Notes: generated by a model from the sequence alone, not told the origin. Positions 1-10,643 are shown, counted from the stretch's first letter. The stretch is 32,000 nucleotides of DNA from Dickeya solani IPO 2222 (GCF_001644705.1 NZ_CP015137.1:1080001-1112000), one strand, 5' to 3'. A program made the numbers and translations.

Positions 1-187
1 CTTTGACGATTTTACCGCGGGTTGCCGCCACCATGGCTTCCACGGTTCCCTCTCCCCCATCAGCGACCGGCAGTTTCACGTAGCAGGCGTCGGGGAATAC
101 CTCCCGAAAACCGGCCTCAATCTGCGTCGCCACTTCCTGGGCGGATAAGCTCTCTTTGTAAGAATCCGGTGCGATAACTATTTTCAT
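1..187 (-). CDS. garK: Glycerate 2-kinase, N-terminal fragment (gene runs off the left edge)
   Basis: Absent from the ORF track because it is truncated. The reverse complement of 1-187 starts with ATG (187-185) and reads [63 protein letters not shown] recognise this as the conserved N-terminus of enterobacterial GarK/GlxK glycerate kinases. Its position after garL-garR matches the E. coli gar operon order. Confidence 0.85.
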   Translation of the reverse strand, partial: MKIVIAPDSYKESLSAQEVATQIEAGFREVFPDACYVKLPVADGGEGTVEAMVAATRGKIVK

Positions 188-459
188 AAACGACTCGCGT
201 CATCAACTACCCGCGCTGTAGGCTGTGTCCCGCAATTATTCGCGTCGCCGGCGTAGGGCCAGGGCCAAATCGCAGCGTCCCTCGTGACTCGACGCGTGCC
301 TGGGTTTGCCAAACCACGCGGTTCGCGTCCGATCTCGCTGCAATTTGACCGCCAGCCGCCGTCACGCACAATTGCGGGACACAACCAGGAACCGGCGCAA
401 GTCAAAAATGTTCCGTCAACCGGGCGGCCCCGCGCCTTGCGCCGACGCCGCCCTGTCAA
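188..459. other. GC-rich structured spacer between garR and garK, bounded by a 9-bp direct repeat (possible MITE-like insertion)
   Basis: TCAACTACC occurs at 203-211 and again at 456-464; the second copy overlaps the garR stop codon. A 13-bp inverted repeat, GTGTCCCGCAATT (227-239) / AATTGCGGGACAC (370-382), encloses smaller palindromes such as GGTTTGCCAAACC near 302-314 and CGTGAC/GTCACG. The track ORFs here are Arg-rich and lack an SD. Confidence 0.35.
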
Positions 460-1344
460 CTACCGAGTGACTTCCACTTTCGCCAGTTTCTCGTAATAAC
501 GAGCCAACGCGCTGTGGTCGGCGCCGCCCAAATCATCGGCCTTCAACGCCTGCATCATTTCCATCACCGCAGCGGTCAGCGGCAGTTGCGCCCCGACGCC
601 GTGAGACGTATCCAGCGCGTTAGCCAAATCCTTGATATGCAGGTCGATACGGAAACCGGGCTTGAAGTTGCGGTCCATCACCATCGGCGCCTTGGCATCC
701 AACACGGTGCTGCCCGCCAGACCGCCGCGAATCGCCTGATACACCAGGTCCGGATTCACACCGGCTTTGGTCGCCAGCACCAGCGCTTCCGACATAGCAG
801 CGATATTCAGCGCCACGATGACCTGATTCGCCAGTTTGGTGACGTTGCCCGCGCCGATATCGCCGGTATGCACCACCGAGCCGGCCATCGCCTTCATCAC
901 TTCATAGCTGCTGTCGAACACCGCTTTGTCGCCGCCCACCATCACCGACAGCGTACCGTCGATCGCTTTTGGCTCGCCGCCGCTGACCGGCGCGTCCAGC
1001 ATGGTGACGCCTTTTTCCGCCAGCGCCGCGGCAATTTCACGGCTGGCCAGCGGGGCGATAGAGCTCATGTCGATCACTACCGCGCCTTGGCGCGCGCCTT
1101 CGATCACGCCGTTCTCACCCAGCACCACCTCTTTAACGTGAGGCGAGTTCGGCAGCATGGTAATCACGATATCGCTCTGCTCAGCGACCGCTTTCGGCGT
1201 TTCAGCCGAGGTGGCGCCCGCTGCGACAACTTCGGCGACCGCCGCGCTGTTTCTGTCCAGTACGACCAATGAGTAACCCGCTTTAATCAGGTTCTTGCTC
1301 ATCGGTTTTCCCATGATACCCAGTCCAATAAAACCAATTTTCAT
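460..1344 (-). CDS. garR: 2-hydroxy-3-oxopropionate (tartronate semialdehyde) reductase
   Basis: Track ORF 460..1365. I chose the internal ATG at 1344 ([19 protein letters not shown]...). It gives 294 aa, has GAGG 8 nt upstream, and aligns with the E. coli GarR N-terminus and its C-terminus [12 protein letters not shown] as I recall them. Confidence 0.9.
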   Translation of the reverse strand: MKIGFIGLGIMGKPMSKNLIKAGYSLVVLDRNSAAVAEVVAAGATSAETPKAVAEQSDIVITMLPNSPHVKEVVLGENGVIEGARQGAVVIDMSSIAPLASREIAAALAEKGVTMLDAPVSGGEPKAIDGTLSVMVGGDKAVFDSSYEVMKAMAGSVVHTGDIGAGNVTKLANQVIVALNIAAMSEALVLATKAGVNPDLVYQAIRGGLAGSTVLDAKAPMVMDRNFKPGFRIDLHIKDLANALDTSHGVGAQLPLTAAVMEMMQALKADDLGGADHSALARYYEKLAKVEVTR

Positions 1345-1418
1345 TGCGATAACCTCGTTGTCCATTCAGTGACATGGTCAGATATGTTTACGGCCGATGC
1401 GGCCCTGATTAATCCAAG

Positions 1419-2189
1419 TTACTTTTTGAATTTGTCGCACAGCGCCTGCGTGGCGCCGCGGAACACGCCCAGATCGCTGCCCACCGCCACAAAACGCGCG
1501 CCCCACTCCAGATAACGACGGGCATCCGCTTCCACCGGCGCCAGAATGCCGCTCGGTTTGCCGTGGGCGGCGGCGCGTTCGAAGATGTGGCGAATCACTT
1601 TCTGTACTTCCGGGTGATTGGGCTGCCCCAGATACCCCAGCGCGGCCGACAGGTCGCCCGGGCCGACGAAAATACCGTCAACGCCATCCACCGCGGCGAT
1701 CGCGTCCAGGTTGTCCACCCCTTCCTGCGTTTCGATCTGCACCAACACGGTGATGTTGTCGTTAATAGTGGCAAAGTAGTTCGGCTCGGTGCCGTAGGCG
1801 TTGCTGCGGTGTCCAACAGACACGCCGCGAATACCGGCCGGCGGATAACGGGTCGACGCCACGGCGCGGATGGCCTCTTCTTCGCTTTCAACAAACGGGA
1901 TCAGGAAGTTGTAGAAACCGATATCCAGCAAACGTTTGATGATCACCGGCTCATTACAGGGCGGACGCACCACCGGCGCACTGTGGCTGCCTTTCAGCGC
2001 CATCAGTTGCGGAATAAAGGTGTTGATGTCGTTCGGCGCGTGCTCGCCGTCCAGTACCAGCCAGTCAAACCCTGCCAGCCCCAATACCTCGGTGGAAATC
2101 GGATTACCCAGTGCGCACCAGCAACCGATCAGGGTTTTCCCCTGCTGTAAATCCTGGCGAAATTGGTTAGGCAACAGTGGCGTCTTCAT
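1419..2189 (-). CDS. garL: 5-keto-4-deoxy-D-glucarate (2-dehydro-3-deoxyglucarate) aldolase
   Basis: 256-aa ORF with ATG at 2189 and AAGGA upstream. It is HpcH/HpaI aldolase-like (…[10 protein letters not shown]…QIET…) and lies between gudD and garR, as expected for GarL (256 aa in E. coli). Confidence 0.88.
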   Translation of the reverse strand: MKTPLLPNQFRQDLQQGKTLIGCWCALGNPISTEVLGLAGFDWLVLDGEHAPNDINTFIPQLMALKGSHSAPVVRPPCNEPVIIKRLLDIGFYNFLIPFVESEEEAIRAVASTRYPPAGIRGVSVGHRSNAYGTEPNYFATINDNITVLVQIETQEGVDNLDAIAAVDGVDGIFVGPGDLSAALGYLGQPNHPEVQKVIRHIFERAAAHGKPSGILAPVEADARRYLEWGARFVAVGSDLGVFRGATQALCDKFKK

Positions 2190-2259
2190 GTTTTGTCCTT
2201 ACTCTTTACCTCGCCGCCCCGGATGAGGCGGCGCGTCTTAATTAACGAACAGCGATGGA

Positions 2260-3600
2260 TTAACGGACCAGACAGGGGCGTTTATTATCAAACGTCCAGT
2301 TAGGGACCAGGTACTGCATGCCGACGGCGTCGTTGCGCGCGCCCAGCCCCATGTTTTTATACAGCTCATGGGCTTTCATCACCTGTTCCATATCCAGCTC
2401 GACGCCCAGACCCGGTTTCTTCGGCACGTCGACCATACCGCCGACGATCTGCAACGGTTCTTTGGTCAAACGCTGATTACCTTCCTGCCAGATCCAATGG
2501 GTATCAATGGCGGTGATGCGGCCCGGCGCGGCGGCCGCCACGTGGGTGAACATCGCCAGTGAAATATCAAAGTGGTTGTTGGAGTGCGAACCCCAGGTCA
2601 GGCCCCATTCATGACACATCTGTGCTACGCGCACCGATCCTTGCATGGTCCAGAAATGCGGGTCCGCCAGCGGGATGTCTACCGACTGCAGGGAAATGGT
2701 GTGCCCCATCTGACGCCAGTCGGTGGCGATCATGTTGGTGGCGGTGGGCAACCCGGTGGCGCGGCGGAATTCCGCCATCACTTCACGGCCGGAGAAGCCC
2801 TGCTCGGCGCCGCACGGGTCCTCAGCGTAGGCCAGCACGCCGCGCAGCTGTTTGCCGAGGTGAATCGCTTCCTCCAGCGACCAGGCGCCGTTCGGGTCTA
2901 GCGTGATGCGCGCCTGCGGGAAACGTTTGGCCAGCGCGGTCACTGCTTCCGCTTCTTCGCTACCGGCCAGCACGCCGCCTTTCAGTTTGAAATCGTTGAA
3001 GCCGTATTTTTCGTACGCCGCTTCCGCCAGACGTACTACCGTTTCCGGCGTCAGCGCCTCTTCGTGACGCAGACGATACCAGTCGCATTTTTCATTCGGC
3101 TGGCTCTGGTACGGCAGGTCGGTCTTGGTACGATCGCCGATGTAGAACAGATAGCCCAGCATCTCTACCGCATCACGCTGCTGGCCGTCGCCCAGCAACG
3201 CCGCCACCGAGACATTCAGGAACTGCCCCAGCAGGTCCAGCATCGCGGCTTCGATGCCCGTTACCACGTGGATGGTGGTGCGCAGGTCGAAGGTTTGCAG
3301 GCCGCGGCCTGAGGAATCCCGGTCGGCGAATTGATTGCGCACCGCGGTCATCACGTTTTTGTATTCGCCCAGCGTTTTACCCACCACCAGCGCCGCGGCG
3401 TCTTCCAACGTCTGGCGGATTTTCTCGCCGCCGGGGATTTCCCCCACACCGGTATGGCCCGCGTTGTCTTTGAGGATCACGATATTGCGGGTGAAGTACG
3501 GCGCGTGAGCCCCGCTGAGGTTCAGCAACATGCTGTCGTGCCCGGCGACAGGGATCACCTGCATACTGGTAATAACCGGGGTGGAACTTTGCGACGTCAT
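2260..3600 (-). CDS. gudD: Glucarate dehydratase
   Basis: 446 aa. [67 protein letters not shown]... and the C-terminus ...[16 protein letters not shown] track E. coli GudD (446 aa) nearly residue for residue, from memory. Confidence 0.93.
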   Translation of the reverse strand: MTSQSSTPVITSMQVIPVAGHDSMLLNLSGAHAPYFTRNIVILKDNAGHTGVGEIPGGEKIRQTLEDAAALVVGKTLGEYKNVMTAVRNQFADRDSSGRGLQTFDLRTTIHVVTGIEAAMLDLLGQFLNVSVAALLGDGQQRDAVEMLGYLFYIGDRTKTDLPYQSQPNEKCDWYRLRHEEALTPETVVRLAEAAYEKYGFNDFKLKGGVLAGSEEAEAVTALAKRFPQARITLDPNGAWSLEEAIHLGKQLRGVLAYAEDPCGAEQGFSGREVMAEFRRATGLPTATNMIATDWRQMGHTISLQSVDIPLADPHFWTMQGSVRVAQMCHEWGLTWGSHSNNHFDISLAMFTHVAAAAPGRITAIDTHWIWQEGNQRLTKEPLQIVGGMVDVPKKPGLGVELDMEQVMKAHELYKNMGLGARNDAVGMQYLVPNWTFDNKRPCLVR

Positions 3601-3615
3601 GATAGTTTCCTTCTG

Positions 3616-4980
3616 TTAAAACGTTGAATTCTTGGGTAACTCGCGTCCGAACACCGGGCGCTTGCGATCAAATGTCCAGCCGGGGATCAGGTACTGCATG
3701 GCCGCCGCGTCATTACGCGCGCCGCTCGGCAGTTTCTTGTGCAGCTCATGGGCTTTCATCACCTGTTCCATATCCAGCTCGATACCCAGCCCCGGCCGCT
3801 CCGGCACCTTGATTTTGCCGTTCACAATCTGCAACGGTTCTTTGGTCAGATGCTGACCTTCCTGCCAGATCCAGTGGGTGTCGATCGCCGTCGGTTTACC
3901 GGGCACCGCGGCGCCCACGTGGGTGAACATCGCCAGCGAAATGTCGAAGTGGTTGTTGGAGTGGCAACCCCAGGTCAACCCCCACTCGTCGCACAGCTGC
4001 GCCACCCGCACCGCGCCGTGCAGCGTCCAGAAATGCGGGTCCGCCAGCGGAATATCCACCGACTGCAACATCACGGCGTGGTTCATCTCACGCCAGTTGG
4101 TGGCGATCATATTGGTGGCGACCGGCAAACCGGTGGCGCGGCGGAATTCCGCCATCACCTCGCGGCCGGAAAAACCCTGCTCGGCGCCGCACGGATCTTC
4201 GGCGTAAGTCAGCACGCCGTTCAGGTCCTTGCACAAGCCAATCGCTTCGTCCAGCAACCAGGCGCCATTCGGGTCCACCGTGATGCGGGCATCCGGAAAA
4301 CGCGTTTTCAGCGCCTTGACGGCGTCGATTTCCAGCTCGCCCGGCAGCACGCCGCCTTTCAACTTGAAGTCTTTGAAGCCGTAGCGATCGGCCGCCGCTT
4401 CCGCCAGCCGCACCACCGCTTCGCTGTCCATCGCTTTCTGATGGCGCAGGTGATACCACGGGTGCTTGCCCTGCTCGCCCTCAAGGTAGGGCAGATCGGT
4501 TTTGGTGCGATCGCCGATATAGAACAGGTAACCAAGCACCGTCACTTCGTCACGCTGCTTGCCCGGCCCGAGCAGCTCAGCCACCGGCACATTCAGATGC
4601 TGACCCAGCAGATCCAGCAGGGCGGCTTCCAGTGCGGCGACCGCGTTGACCCGCAATTCGAACGTCCAGGCGCCTTTGCCGAACGAGTCGAAATCCGAAG
4701 ACTGGTTGCCTTTGTGAACCTGGTGCACCAGATGGTTCATGCGCGCCACTTGCGCGCCCACCACCTGTGGGATTGCCGCCGTCAGCGTGTTGTAGATCAC
4801 CTCGCCGCCCGGTGCCTCGCCTACGCCGGTATGCCCGGCGTTGTCTTTCAGAATCACGATGTTGCGGGTGAAATACGCCCCGTGCGCGCCGCCAATATTG
4901 AGCAACATGCTGTCATAGCCCGCAACGGGGATGACTTTCATGTCGGTAATGACAGGGGTGTCTTGCGTACTGCTCATCAT
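3616..4980 (-). CDS. gudX: Glucarate dehydratase-related protein (enolase superfamily)
   Basis: Track ORF 3616..5001. It is a paralog of the adjacent gudD, with ...[51 protein letters not shown]... as in E. coli GudX. I chose the start at ATG 4980 (or 4977) because AAGGA lies 4-7 nt upstream. The ATG at 5001, which overlaps the gudP stop, is an alternative. Confidence 0.88.
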   Translation of the reverse strand: MMSSTQDTPVITDMKVIPVAGYDSMLLNIGGAHGAYFTRNIVILKDNAGHTGVGEAPGGEVIYNTLTAAIPQVVGAQVARMNHLVHQVHKGNQSSDFDSFGKGAWTFELRVNAVAALEAALLDLLGQHLNVPVAELLGPGKQRDEVTVLGYLFYIGDRTKTDLPYLEGEQGKHPWYHLRHQKAMDSEAVVRLAEAAADRYGFKDFKLKGGVLPGELEIDAVKALKTRFPDARITVDPNGAWLLDEAIGLCKDLNGVLTYAEDPCGAEQGFSGREVMAEFRRATGLPVATNMIATNWREMNHAVMLQSVDIPLADPHFWTLHGAVRVAQLCDEWGLTWGCHSNNHFDISLAMFTHVGAAVPGKPTAIDTHWIWQEGQHLTKEPLQIVNGKIKVPERPGLGIELDMEQVMKAHELHKKLPSGARNDAAAMQYLIPGWTFDRKRPVFGRELPKNSTF

Positions 4981-4997
4981 TTCGTCCTTACCCTGCA

Positions 4998-6350
4998 TCA
5001 TTGGGGTTTGTAGGGTTTCAATTCGATGCGTTTAATATCCTGCACGATAAACAGGAAGCTCAGAATCGCCACCAGCGCATGGATACCGACGTAGATCAGG
5101 CCGCCGTTGAACGAGCCGGTACTGCCAACGATATAACCGATGGCAATCGGCGTGACGATGCCGGAGATATTGCCGAACATGTTGAACAGACCACCGCTCA
5201 GACCGCTGATTTCCTTCGGCGCCGTATCCGCCATCACCGCCCAGCCCAGCGCGCCGATGCCTTTGCCGAAAAACGCCGCTGCCATCACCGCGATCACCAC
5301 CCATTCCGTAGTGACGTAGTTACAAATCACCATCGACATAGAGAGCATCATACCCAGCACAATCGGCGTTTTACGGGCGAGGGTCAGCGATTGGGTGCGG
5401 CGCATCAGGTAATCGGAAATCACGCCGCCCAGCACGCCGCCCACAAACCCGCAAATGGCTGGGATCGATGCCACAAAACCGGCTTTCAGAATCGACATAC
5501 CGCGTGCCTGGACCAGATAAACCGGGAACCAGGTAATAAAGAAGTAGGTCAGCGCATTGATGCAGTATTGACCAAGATAGACGCCCATCATCATGCGGGA
5601 AGTCAGTAATTGTTTAATCTGGTGCCACTTCTCGCCGCGAGCGACCTCTTTTTTAGTCGCTGACGCATCCATGTTGATCAGTGCGCCGCCCGCTTCGATG
5701 TACTCCAGTTCTGCCTTGTTCATGCTGGGATGATCTTTCGGATCGTGAATCACTTTCAGCCACAGGAAACTGATGACGATGCCAAGACCACCCATGAACC
5801 AGAACACGTGCGCCCAACCCACTTCGTGCGTCAGCCAGCCCATGATGGGAGCGAAGATAACGGTGGCGAAATACTGCGCAGAGTTGAAGATGGCGACGGC
5901 GGTGCCGCGCTCCTGCGCCGGGAACCAGGCCGCCACGATGCGGCTGTTACCGGGGAAGGACGGGGATTCACACAATCCCACCATAAAGCGCAGCATAAAC
6001 AGTGAAACTACGATAGCCGAACCGTGGAACAGATCCACGAACCCCTGCAACAGGGTAAACAGCGACCAGGTGAAAATACTCCAGAAATAGACTCGTTTGG
6101 AACCGAAGCGGTCAAGCAGCCAGCCGCCGGGGATTTGGCCGATGACATAAGCCCACGAAAACGCAGAGAAGATATAGCCCATGCCCACGGCATCAAGACC
6201 AATCTCTTTGGACATGGCGGAACCGGCGATAGAAATCGTGGCGCGGTCGCCATAGTTGAATGACGTGACAATGAACAGCATCACGACAATCCAGTAACGG
6301 GCGTTGGTTTTCTTTTGTAATACGCCTGCTGCTGTGCTGACGGTATTCAT
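4998..6350 (-). CDS. gudP: Glucarate/galactarate MFS transporter
   Basis: 450 aa. ...[41 protein letters not shown]...RIELKP... matches E. coli GudP/GarP (450 aa) as I recall it. GGAG lies upstream of the ATG at 6350. It is the first gene of the minus-strand operon. Confidence 0.92.
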   Translation of the reverse strand: MNTVSTAAGVLQKKTNARYWIVVMLFIVTSFNYGDRATISIAGSAMSKEIGLDAVGMGYIFSAFSWAYVIGQIPGGWLLDRFGSKRVYFWSIFTWSLFTLLQGFVDLFHGSAIVVSLFMLRFMVGLCESPSFPGNSRIVAAWFPAQERGTAVAIFNSAQYFATVIFAPIMGWLTHEVGWAHVFWFMGGLGIVISFLWLKVIHDPKDHPSMNKAELEYIEAGGALINMDASATKKEVARGEKWHQIKQLLTSRMMMGVYLGQYCINALTYFFITWFPVYLVQARGMSILKAGFVASIPAICGFVGGVLGGVISDYLMRRTQSLTLARKTPIVLGMMLSMSMVICNYVTTEWVVIAVMAAAFFGKGIGALGWAVMADTAPKEISGLSGGLFNMFGNISGIVTPIAIGYIVGSTGSFNGGLIYVGIHALVAILSFLFIVQDIKRIELKPYKPQ

Positions 6351-6702
6351 GATGAACTCCTACTTTCAGATAGCGGTTAGCTCATTCATTCCGAATAACA
6401 ACACAATGTAGGGTTGGGTTACCAGAATGAAATCAAGAGTCGGTAATGGTTTGAAACCTGAGCAAAGGAACAAACAGAACAGCAAAAATAAACCACGAGA
6501 CCTCTTCGACTTCTGGGAAGAATTATAAAGGGCGGTCACGGATGCCTCACTGGACAAGCGCCCAACAATGATCGCCATCACCAACGCGGATTATTGCAAT
6601 CGCCTAACGAATTGGGAGTCATTTCACGAAAACGCCGTTTTTTGCCGTTCTGGTCACAGGGCGTGGTGGTGTCGATAAGGAAGGAGAAGCGCGGGGAACG
6701 GA

Positions 6703-6726
6703 ATAATGTGACAGGTCTCACTGCCT
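6703..6726. promoter_or_regulatory. Candidate CRP-binding site in the gudP/garD divergent control region
   Basis: TGTGA (6707-6711) - CAGGTC - TCACT (6718-6722) matches the TGTGA-N6-TCACA consensus at 9 of 10 core positions. It lies about 190 bp upstream of garD and about 360 bp upstream of gudP. Confidence 0.45.
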
Positions 6727-6861
6727 ATTGTTTCTTCGCCAGAGAAATTAAGCACAGCGCCTCAGGATGTCAGTCAATTGCATAATGCCCGGATGCGGAA
6801 AGCTCCCCTATACTGATGCCGAGCAAAGTCATTATTAGCAGTAGCAGCGAAAATAAACCGC

Positions 6862-6889
6862 GCGTTATAACTTTAACCAGCGTTATAAC
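6862..6889. promoter_or_regulatory. Two copies of GCGTTATAAC (each containing the 8-bp palindrome GTTATAAC), 18-bp period, just upstream of garD
   Basis: Exact 10-mers at 6862-6871 and 6880-6889. GTTATAAC is self-complementary. The second copy ends 17 nt before the garD ATG at 6907. An operator or leader role is inferred only. Confidence 0.35.
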
Positions 6890-6906
6890 ATATGAAGGTT
6901 AGCATC

Positions 6907-8481
6907 ATGTCAGATAACACAACAAAGGGTGTGGCCAGTGAGCGGCCGCTTTATATCAAGGTCCATGAGTCTGACAATGTTGCCATTGTCGTTAACAATA
7001 ACGGCCTGAAAGCCGGCACCCGATTCAGTTGCGGCCTGGAACTGAAAGAACACGTACCACAGGGCCACAAGGTCGCATTAAGCGATATCGCCCTCGGCGC
7101 GTCCATCGTCCGCTATGGCGAAATCATCGGCTACGCCCTCAGGGACATCGCCCGCGGCAGTTGGATCGATGAGTCGCTGGTGGCATTGCCCAACGCCCCG
7201 GCGCTGGAAACGTTGCCGCTGGCGACCCGGGTTCCGCCGTCACTGCCGCCGCTGGAAGGGTACACCTTTGAAGGCTACCGTAACCCGGACGGTAGCGTCG
7301 GCACCAAAAACCTGCTTGGCATCACCACCAGCGTACACTGCGTCGCCGGCGTGGTGGATTATGTCGTCACGCTGATCGAGCGCGACCTGCTGCCCCGTTA
7401 CCCCAACGTGGATGGCGTGGTGGCGCTGAACCATCTGTACGGCTGCGGCGTGGCGATCAATGCCCCGGCCGCGGTAGTGCCGATTCGCACCATCCATAAC
7501 CTGGCGCTGAACCCGAATTTCGGCGGCGAGGTGCTGGTGGTCGGGCTGGGTTGCGAAAAACTCCAGCCGGAACGTCTGCTGCAGGGCACCCCGGATGTGC
7601 AGGCCATCTCACTGGACGACACCAGTATTGTGCGGCTGCAGGATGAGCACCATGTCGGTTTCAAATCGATGGTGGACGATATCCTGACCATGGCGGATAA
7701 GCATCTGCAGCAGCTCAACCGTCGTAAACGCGAACCGGTGCCGGCGTCCGAACTGGTGGTCGGCATGCAGTGCGGCGGCAGCGACGCCTTTTCCGGCGTG
7801 ACCGCCAACCCGGCGGTGGGATTCGCCTCCGATCTGTTGGTGCGCTGCGGCGCCACGGTGATGTTTTCCGAAGTCACCGAAGTTCGCGACGCCATCCATC
7901 TGCTCACGCCACGCGCCATCAATGAAGAGGTGGGTAAACGCCTGCTGGAAGAGATGGCCTGGTATGACGATTATCTGGACAGCGGCAAGACCGACCGCAG
8001 CGCCAACCCGTCGCCCGGCAACAAGAAAGGCGGCCTGGCCAACGTGGTGGAAAAAGCGCTGGGGTCAATCGCTAAATCCGGCACCAGCGCGATTGTCGAA
8101 GTGCTGTCGCCGGGCCAGCGCCCGACCAGACGCGGCCTGATTTACGCGGCCACGCCAGCCAGCGACTTTGTGTGCGGCACGCAGCAGCTGGCTTCCGGCA
8201 TCACGGTGCAGGTATTCACCACCGGACGCGGTACGCCTTACGGGCTGAAAGCCGTACCGGTTATCAAGATGGCGACCCGCACGGCGCTGGCGGAACGCTG
8301 GCATGACCTGATGGATATCAACGCCGGCACCATCGCTACCGGCGAAGCCACCATTGAGGATGTGGGCTGGCAGTTATTCCATTTTATTCTGGATATCGCC
8401 AGCGGCAGGAAAAAAACCTGGTCAGATCAATGGGGTCTGCACAACGCCCTGTCGGTGTTCAACCCGGCGCCGGTCACCTGA
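6907..8481 (+). CDS. garD: Galactarate dehydratase
   Basis: Track ORF 6892..8481. ...[26 protein letters not shown]...QGHKVAL... through ...[20 protein letters not shown] follows E. coli GarD (523 aa). I preferred the ATG at 6907 (524 aa, GAAGG 8 nt upstream); 6892 is the alternative. Confidence 0.92.
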   Translation: MSDNTTKGVASERPLYIKVHESDNVAIVVNNNGLKAGTRFSCGLELKEHVPQGHKVALSDIALGASIVRYGEIIGYALRDIARGSWIDESLVALPNAPALETLPLATRVPPSLPPLEGYTFEGYRNPDGSVGTKNLLGITTSVHCVAGVVDYVVTLIERDLLPRYPNVDGVVALNHLYGCGVAINAPAAVVPIRTIHNLALNPNFGGEVLVVGLGCEKLQPERLLQGTPDVQAISLDDTSIVRLQDEHHVGFKSMVDDILTMADKHLQQLNRRKREPVPASELVVGMQCGGSDAFSGVTANPAVGFASDLLVRCGATVMFSEVTEVRDAIHLLTPRAINEEVGKRLLEEMAWYDDYLDSGKTDRSANPSPGNKKGGLANVVEKALGSIAKSGTSAIVEVLSPGQRPTRRGLIYAATPASDFVCGTQQLASGITVQVFTTGRGTPYGLKAVPVIKMATRTALAERWHDLMDINAGTIATGEATIEDVGWQLFHFILDIASGRKKTWSDQWGLHNALSVFNPAPVT

Positions 8482-8510
8482 TATACGCCTTTACACGTTA
8501 ACCGCCCTGT

Positions 8511-8546
8511 TCGTCACCGGATCAAGCATCCGGTGACGAGCGTTTT
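8511..8546 (+). terminator. Rho-independent terminator of garD
   Basis: Perfect 11-bp stem TCGTCACCGGA (8511-8521) / TCCGGTGACGA (8529-8539) with a 7-nt loop, followed by GCGTTTTAAAA. Confidence 0.8.
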
Positions 8547-8559
8547 AAAATATTTCCCA

Positions 8560-8631
8560 CTCACCGCGTTACAAGGCTGGCGACTCGCCTTGCCCTAAAG
8601 GGCCAATGCAACGCGAATTATTTTGGGTATA
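8560..8631. repeat. Degenerate ERIC/IRU-like fragment (right arm)
   Basis: ...GACTCGCCTTGCCC...TGCAACGCGAATTATTTTGGGTATA (8607-8631). The terminal 25 nt recur at 21669-21693 with one mismatch. The arm resembles the ...CACTCGCTTGCCGCCTTCCTGCAACTTGAAGTATGACGGGTATA end of ERIC as I remember it. Confidence 0.45.
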
Positions 8632-9103
8632 GCGATATCATCCGCGTAAATTTATTTTCGATAGAAAATAACCGTCCATCCTTTCACTAAGTCACTATTT
8701 AATTTCACTTAACAATTCGCACTATCGCCTTTTATTTTCAGAAAGTACTTTTTCGTTATTGCTGTTAATAAAACGTGTTTATTGTGATCCCAAGTTTAAG
8801 AAAAAATCGAACAATATTTAATAAACCCCAGAAAGGTAAAAAAAACACCGCTCAAAAAATGATTTCATTGACAACACAAAGACGCAAAGCATAAATTCCC
8901 CCTTACAAAAAAATGGAATAACTTTACTCAGGGATGCTTTGAAATTTAAAGCGCCCTTTTTTCGTACCCTTTAACTTTGTGTTAAAAAAATAAAAACAAT
9001 GATTCAACACGCCTCCCAGACCGTGTGATTAATCAGGCCGTGCTCACACGTCGGCCCTTCTATTCTCACGATATATTATTGATACACAGCATCGGGGTTT
9101 CGA

Positions 9104-10639
9104 ATGAGGGTTAATACACCTATTACACAACAGGAATACCTGTTGGATAACGACACTACATTAATGTCGACCACGGATGTTAAAAGCCATATCACTTACG
9201 CCAATTCCACCTTTATCCGCGTCAGCGGTTTTGATGAACACGAATTGATGGGAACGCCGCACAATATTGTGCGTCATCCGGATATGCCTATCGAAGCCTT
9301 CGCCGACATGTGGTACACGCTGCAGCAGGGAGACAGCTGGACCGGTCTGGTTAAAAACCGTCGCAAGAACGGCGATCATTACTGGGTACGCGCCAACGTC
9401 ACGCCGGTTTATCACCATAATCAGCTCTCCGGTTATATTTCGGTACGCAATACCCCCAAAGCGGAAGAAATTCAGGCGGTGGAACCCTTGTACGAAGCGG
9501 TACAAAATAAGCAGGCCCGCCATATTCGGTTTTATAAAGGGCTGGTGGTCCGAACCGGTCTGTTCTCGGTCCTGTCCCTGTTTCAGCGGCTATCGGTACG
9601 CTCACGGTTACGACTGGCCATCCTGCTTAGCGGTGTGGTGCCGTTGGCGCTGATCTTACTGGGTGTCGGCGCGACGACGTCGATTATCACCACCCTGCTA
9701 TTGATGGTGGCGATCGATCGATTTTTGCAACGGCAAATCGCGCATCCGCTGCGTTTGATTCTACGTCAGGCGCAACAGGTGGTGTCCGGCCGTCGGGCGG
9801 ACAGTATCCATCTCAACCGGGTGGATGAAATCGGCCTGCTGCTGCGGGTGGTCAATCAGTTCGGGCTGAACCTGCATTCGCTGGTGGACGACGTCGGCAC
9901 GCAGGTCTCGGGTATCAACAACGTCAGCCAGCAACTGGCCGACAGCAACGGTGATCTGAGCGCGCGTACCGAGGAAACCTCCGCCAATCTGCAACAGACA
10001 GCGGCAGCCATCGAGCAGATTACCGTCGCGGTTCAGCAAAGCGCGGACACTGCCACACAGGCGACCAATATGGCGCAAAACGCCAGCCTGTCCGCCAGTA
10101 AAGGCGGCGATATCATGGCTGAAGCGGTGGGTATGATGGAGGCGATTTCGAACGCCAGCCGCAAAATCGTCGATATCATCGGCGTCATCGACAGCATCGC
10201 GTTTCAGACCAACATCCTGGCGCTCAATGCCGCGGTGGAAGCGGCGCGAGCCGGTGTGGAAGGACGCGGCTTTGCCGTCGTAGCGGCGGAAGTTCGTAGC
10301 CTGGCGCAGCATTCCGCGTCTGCCGCCCGCGAAATCAAAACGCTGATCGATGCCAACATGACCAGCGTTGAAAACGGCAGCGGGCTGGTGGACAAAGCCG
10401 GTCTGCATATTCAGGACATCGTCAACGACGTGCAACAGGTCGCGACCATGATCAGCGAGATCAGCAACGCCACCCGCGAACAAACCGCCGCGTTGTCGCT
10501 GATCAATGACTCCATTGCCCAGATCGAGCAAATGACTGCCGGCAATACCGACATGGTCGATCAGTCATCTGAATTCGCCACCAGCCTCAGCAGGCAGGCG
10601 CTGCGGTTAAGCGATGCGATTAATATCTACGGGAAATAA
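9104..10639 (+). CDS. aer: Aerotaxis/energy-taxis receptor (PAS-FAD N-terminus, membrane hairpin, HAMP, MCP signalling domain)
   Basis: 511 aa. ...DTTLMSTTDVKSHITYANSTFIRVSGFDEHELMGTPHNIVRHPDMPIEAFADMWYTLQQGDSWTGLVKNRRKNGDHYWVRANVTPV... closely parallels the E. coli Aer PAS domain. The C-terminal half carries the [23 protein letters not shown] core. Confidence 0.9.
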   Translation: MRVNTPITQQEYLLDNDTTLMSTTDVKSHITYANSTFIRVSGFDEHELMGTPHNIVRHPDMPIEAFADMWYTLQQGDSWTGLVKNRRKNGDHYWVRANVTPVYHHNQLSGYISVRNTPKAEEIQAVEPLYEAVQNKQARHIRFYKGLVVRTGLFSVLSLFQRLSVRSRLRLAILLSGVVPLALILLGVGATTSIITTLLLMVAIDRFLQRQIAHPLRLILRQAQQVVSGRRADSIHLNRVDEIGLLLRVVNQFGLNLHSLVDDVGTQVSGINNVSQQLADSNGDLSARTEETSANLQQTAAAIEQITVAVQQSADTATQATNMAQNASLSASKGGDIMAEAVGMMEAISNASRKIVDIIGVIDSIAFQTNILALNAAVEAARAGVEGRGFAVVAAEVRSLAQHSASAAREIKTLIDANMTSVENGSGLVDKAGLHIQDIVNDVQQVATMISEISNATREQTAALSLINDSIAQIEQMTAGNTDMVDQSSEFATSLSRQALRLSDAINIYGK

Positions 10640-10643
10640 TAGT

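Noticed and set aside
184-496. 91-aa (minus) and 70-aa (plus) ORFs in the garR-garK spacer.
   Set aside because: They are extremely Arg/Pro-rich with no SD, and they overlap a palindromic GC-rich element. I interpret this as non-coding structured DNA or RNA instead.
3739-5013. 424-aa plus-strand ORF covering almost all of gudX. Similar long mirror ORFs occur at 514-1272, 1563-2150, 15070-16125, 18222-18848, 19257-20399 and 23033-23803.
   Set aside because: They lie antisense to genes with unmistakable conserved products. Their translations are Arg/His/Gln/Gly-rich low-complexity sequence with no SD or recognisable motifs. This is the expected stop-codon-poor mirror frame of GC-rich coding DNA.
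6366-6785. 72-aa (minus) and 63-aa (plus) ORFs in the gudP/garD intergenic region.
   Set aside because: There are no ribosome-binding sites, the composition is odd, and they lie in a divergent promoter region. They are more likely regulatory DNA.
9040-9103. A FliA promoter for aer (CACGATAT at 9067-9074).
   Set aside because: It matches GCCGATAA at only 5 of 8 positions, has no TAAA-type -35 at the right spacing, and is too close (30 nt) to the ATG to be convincing.
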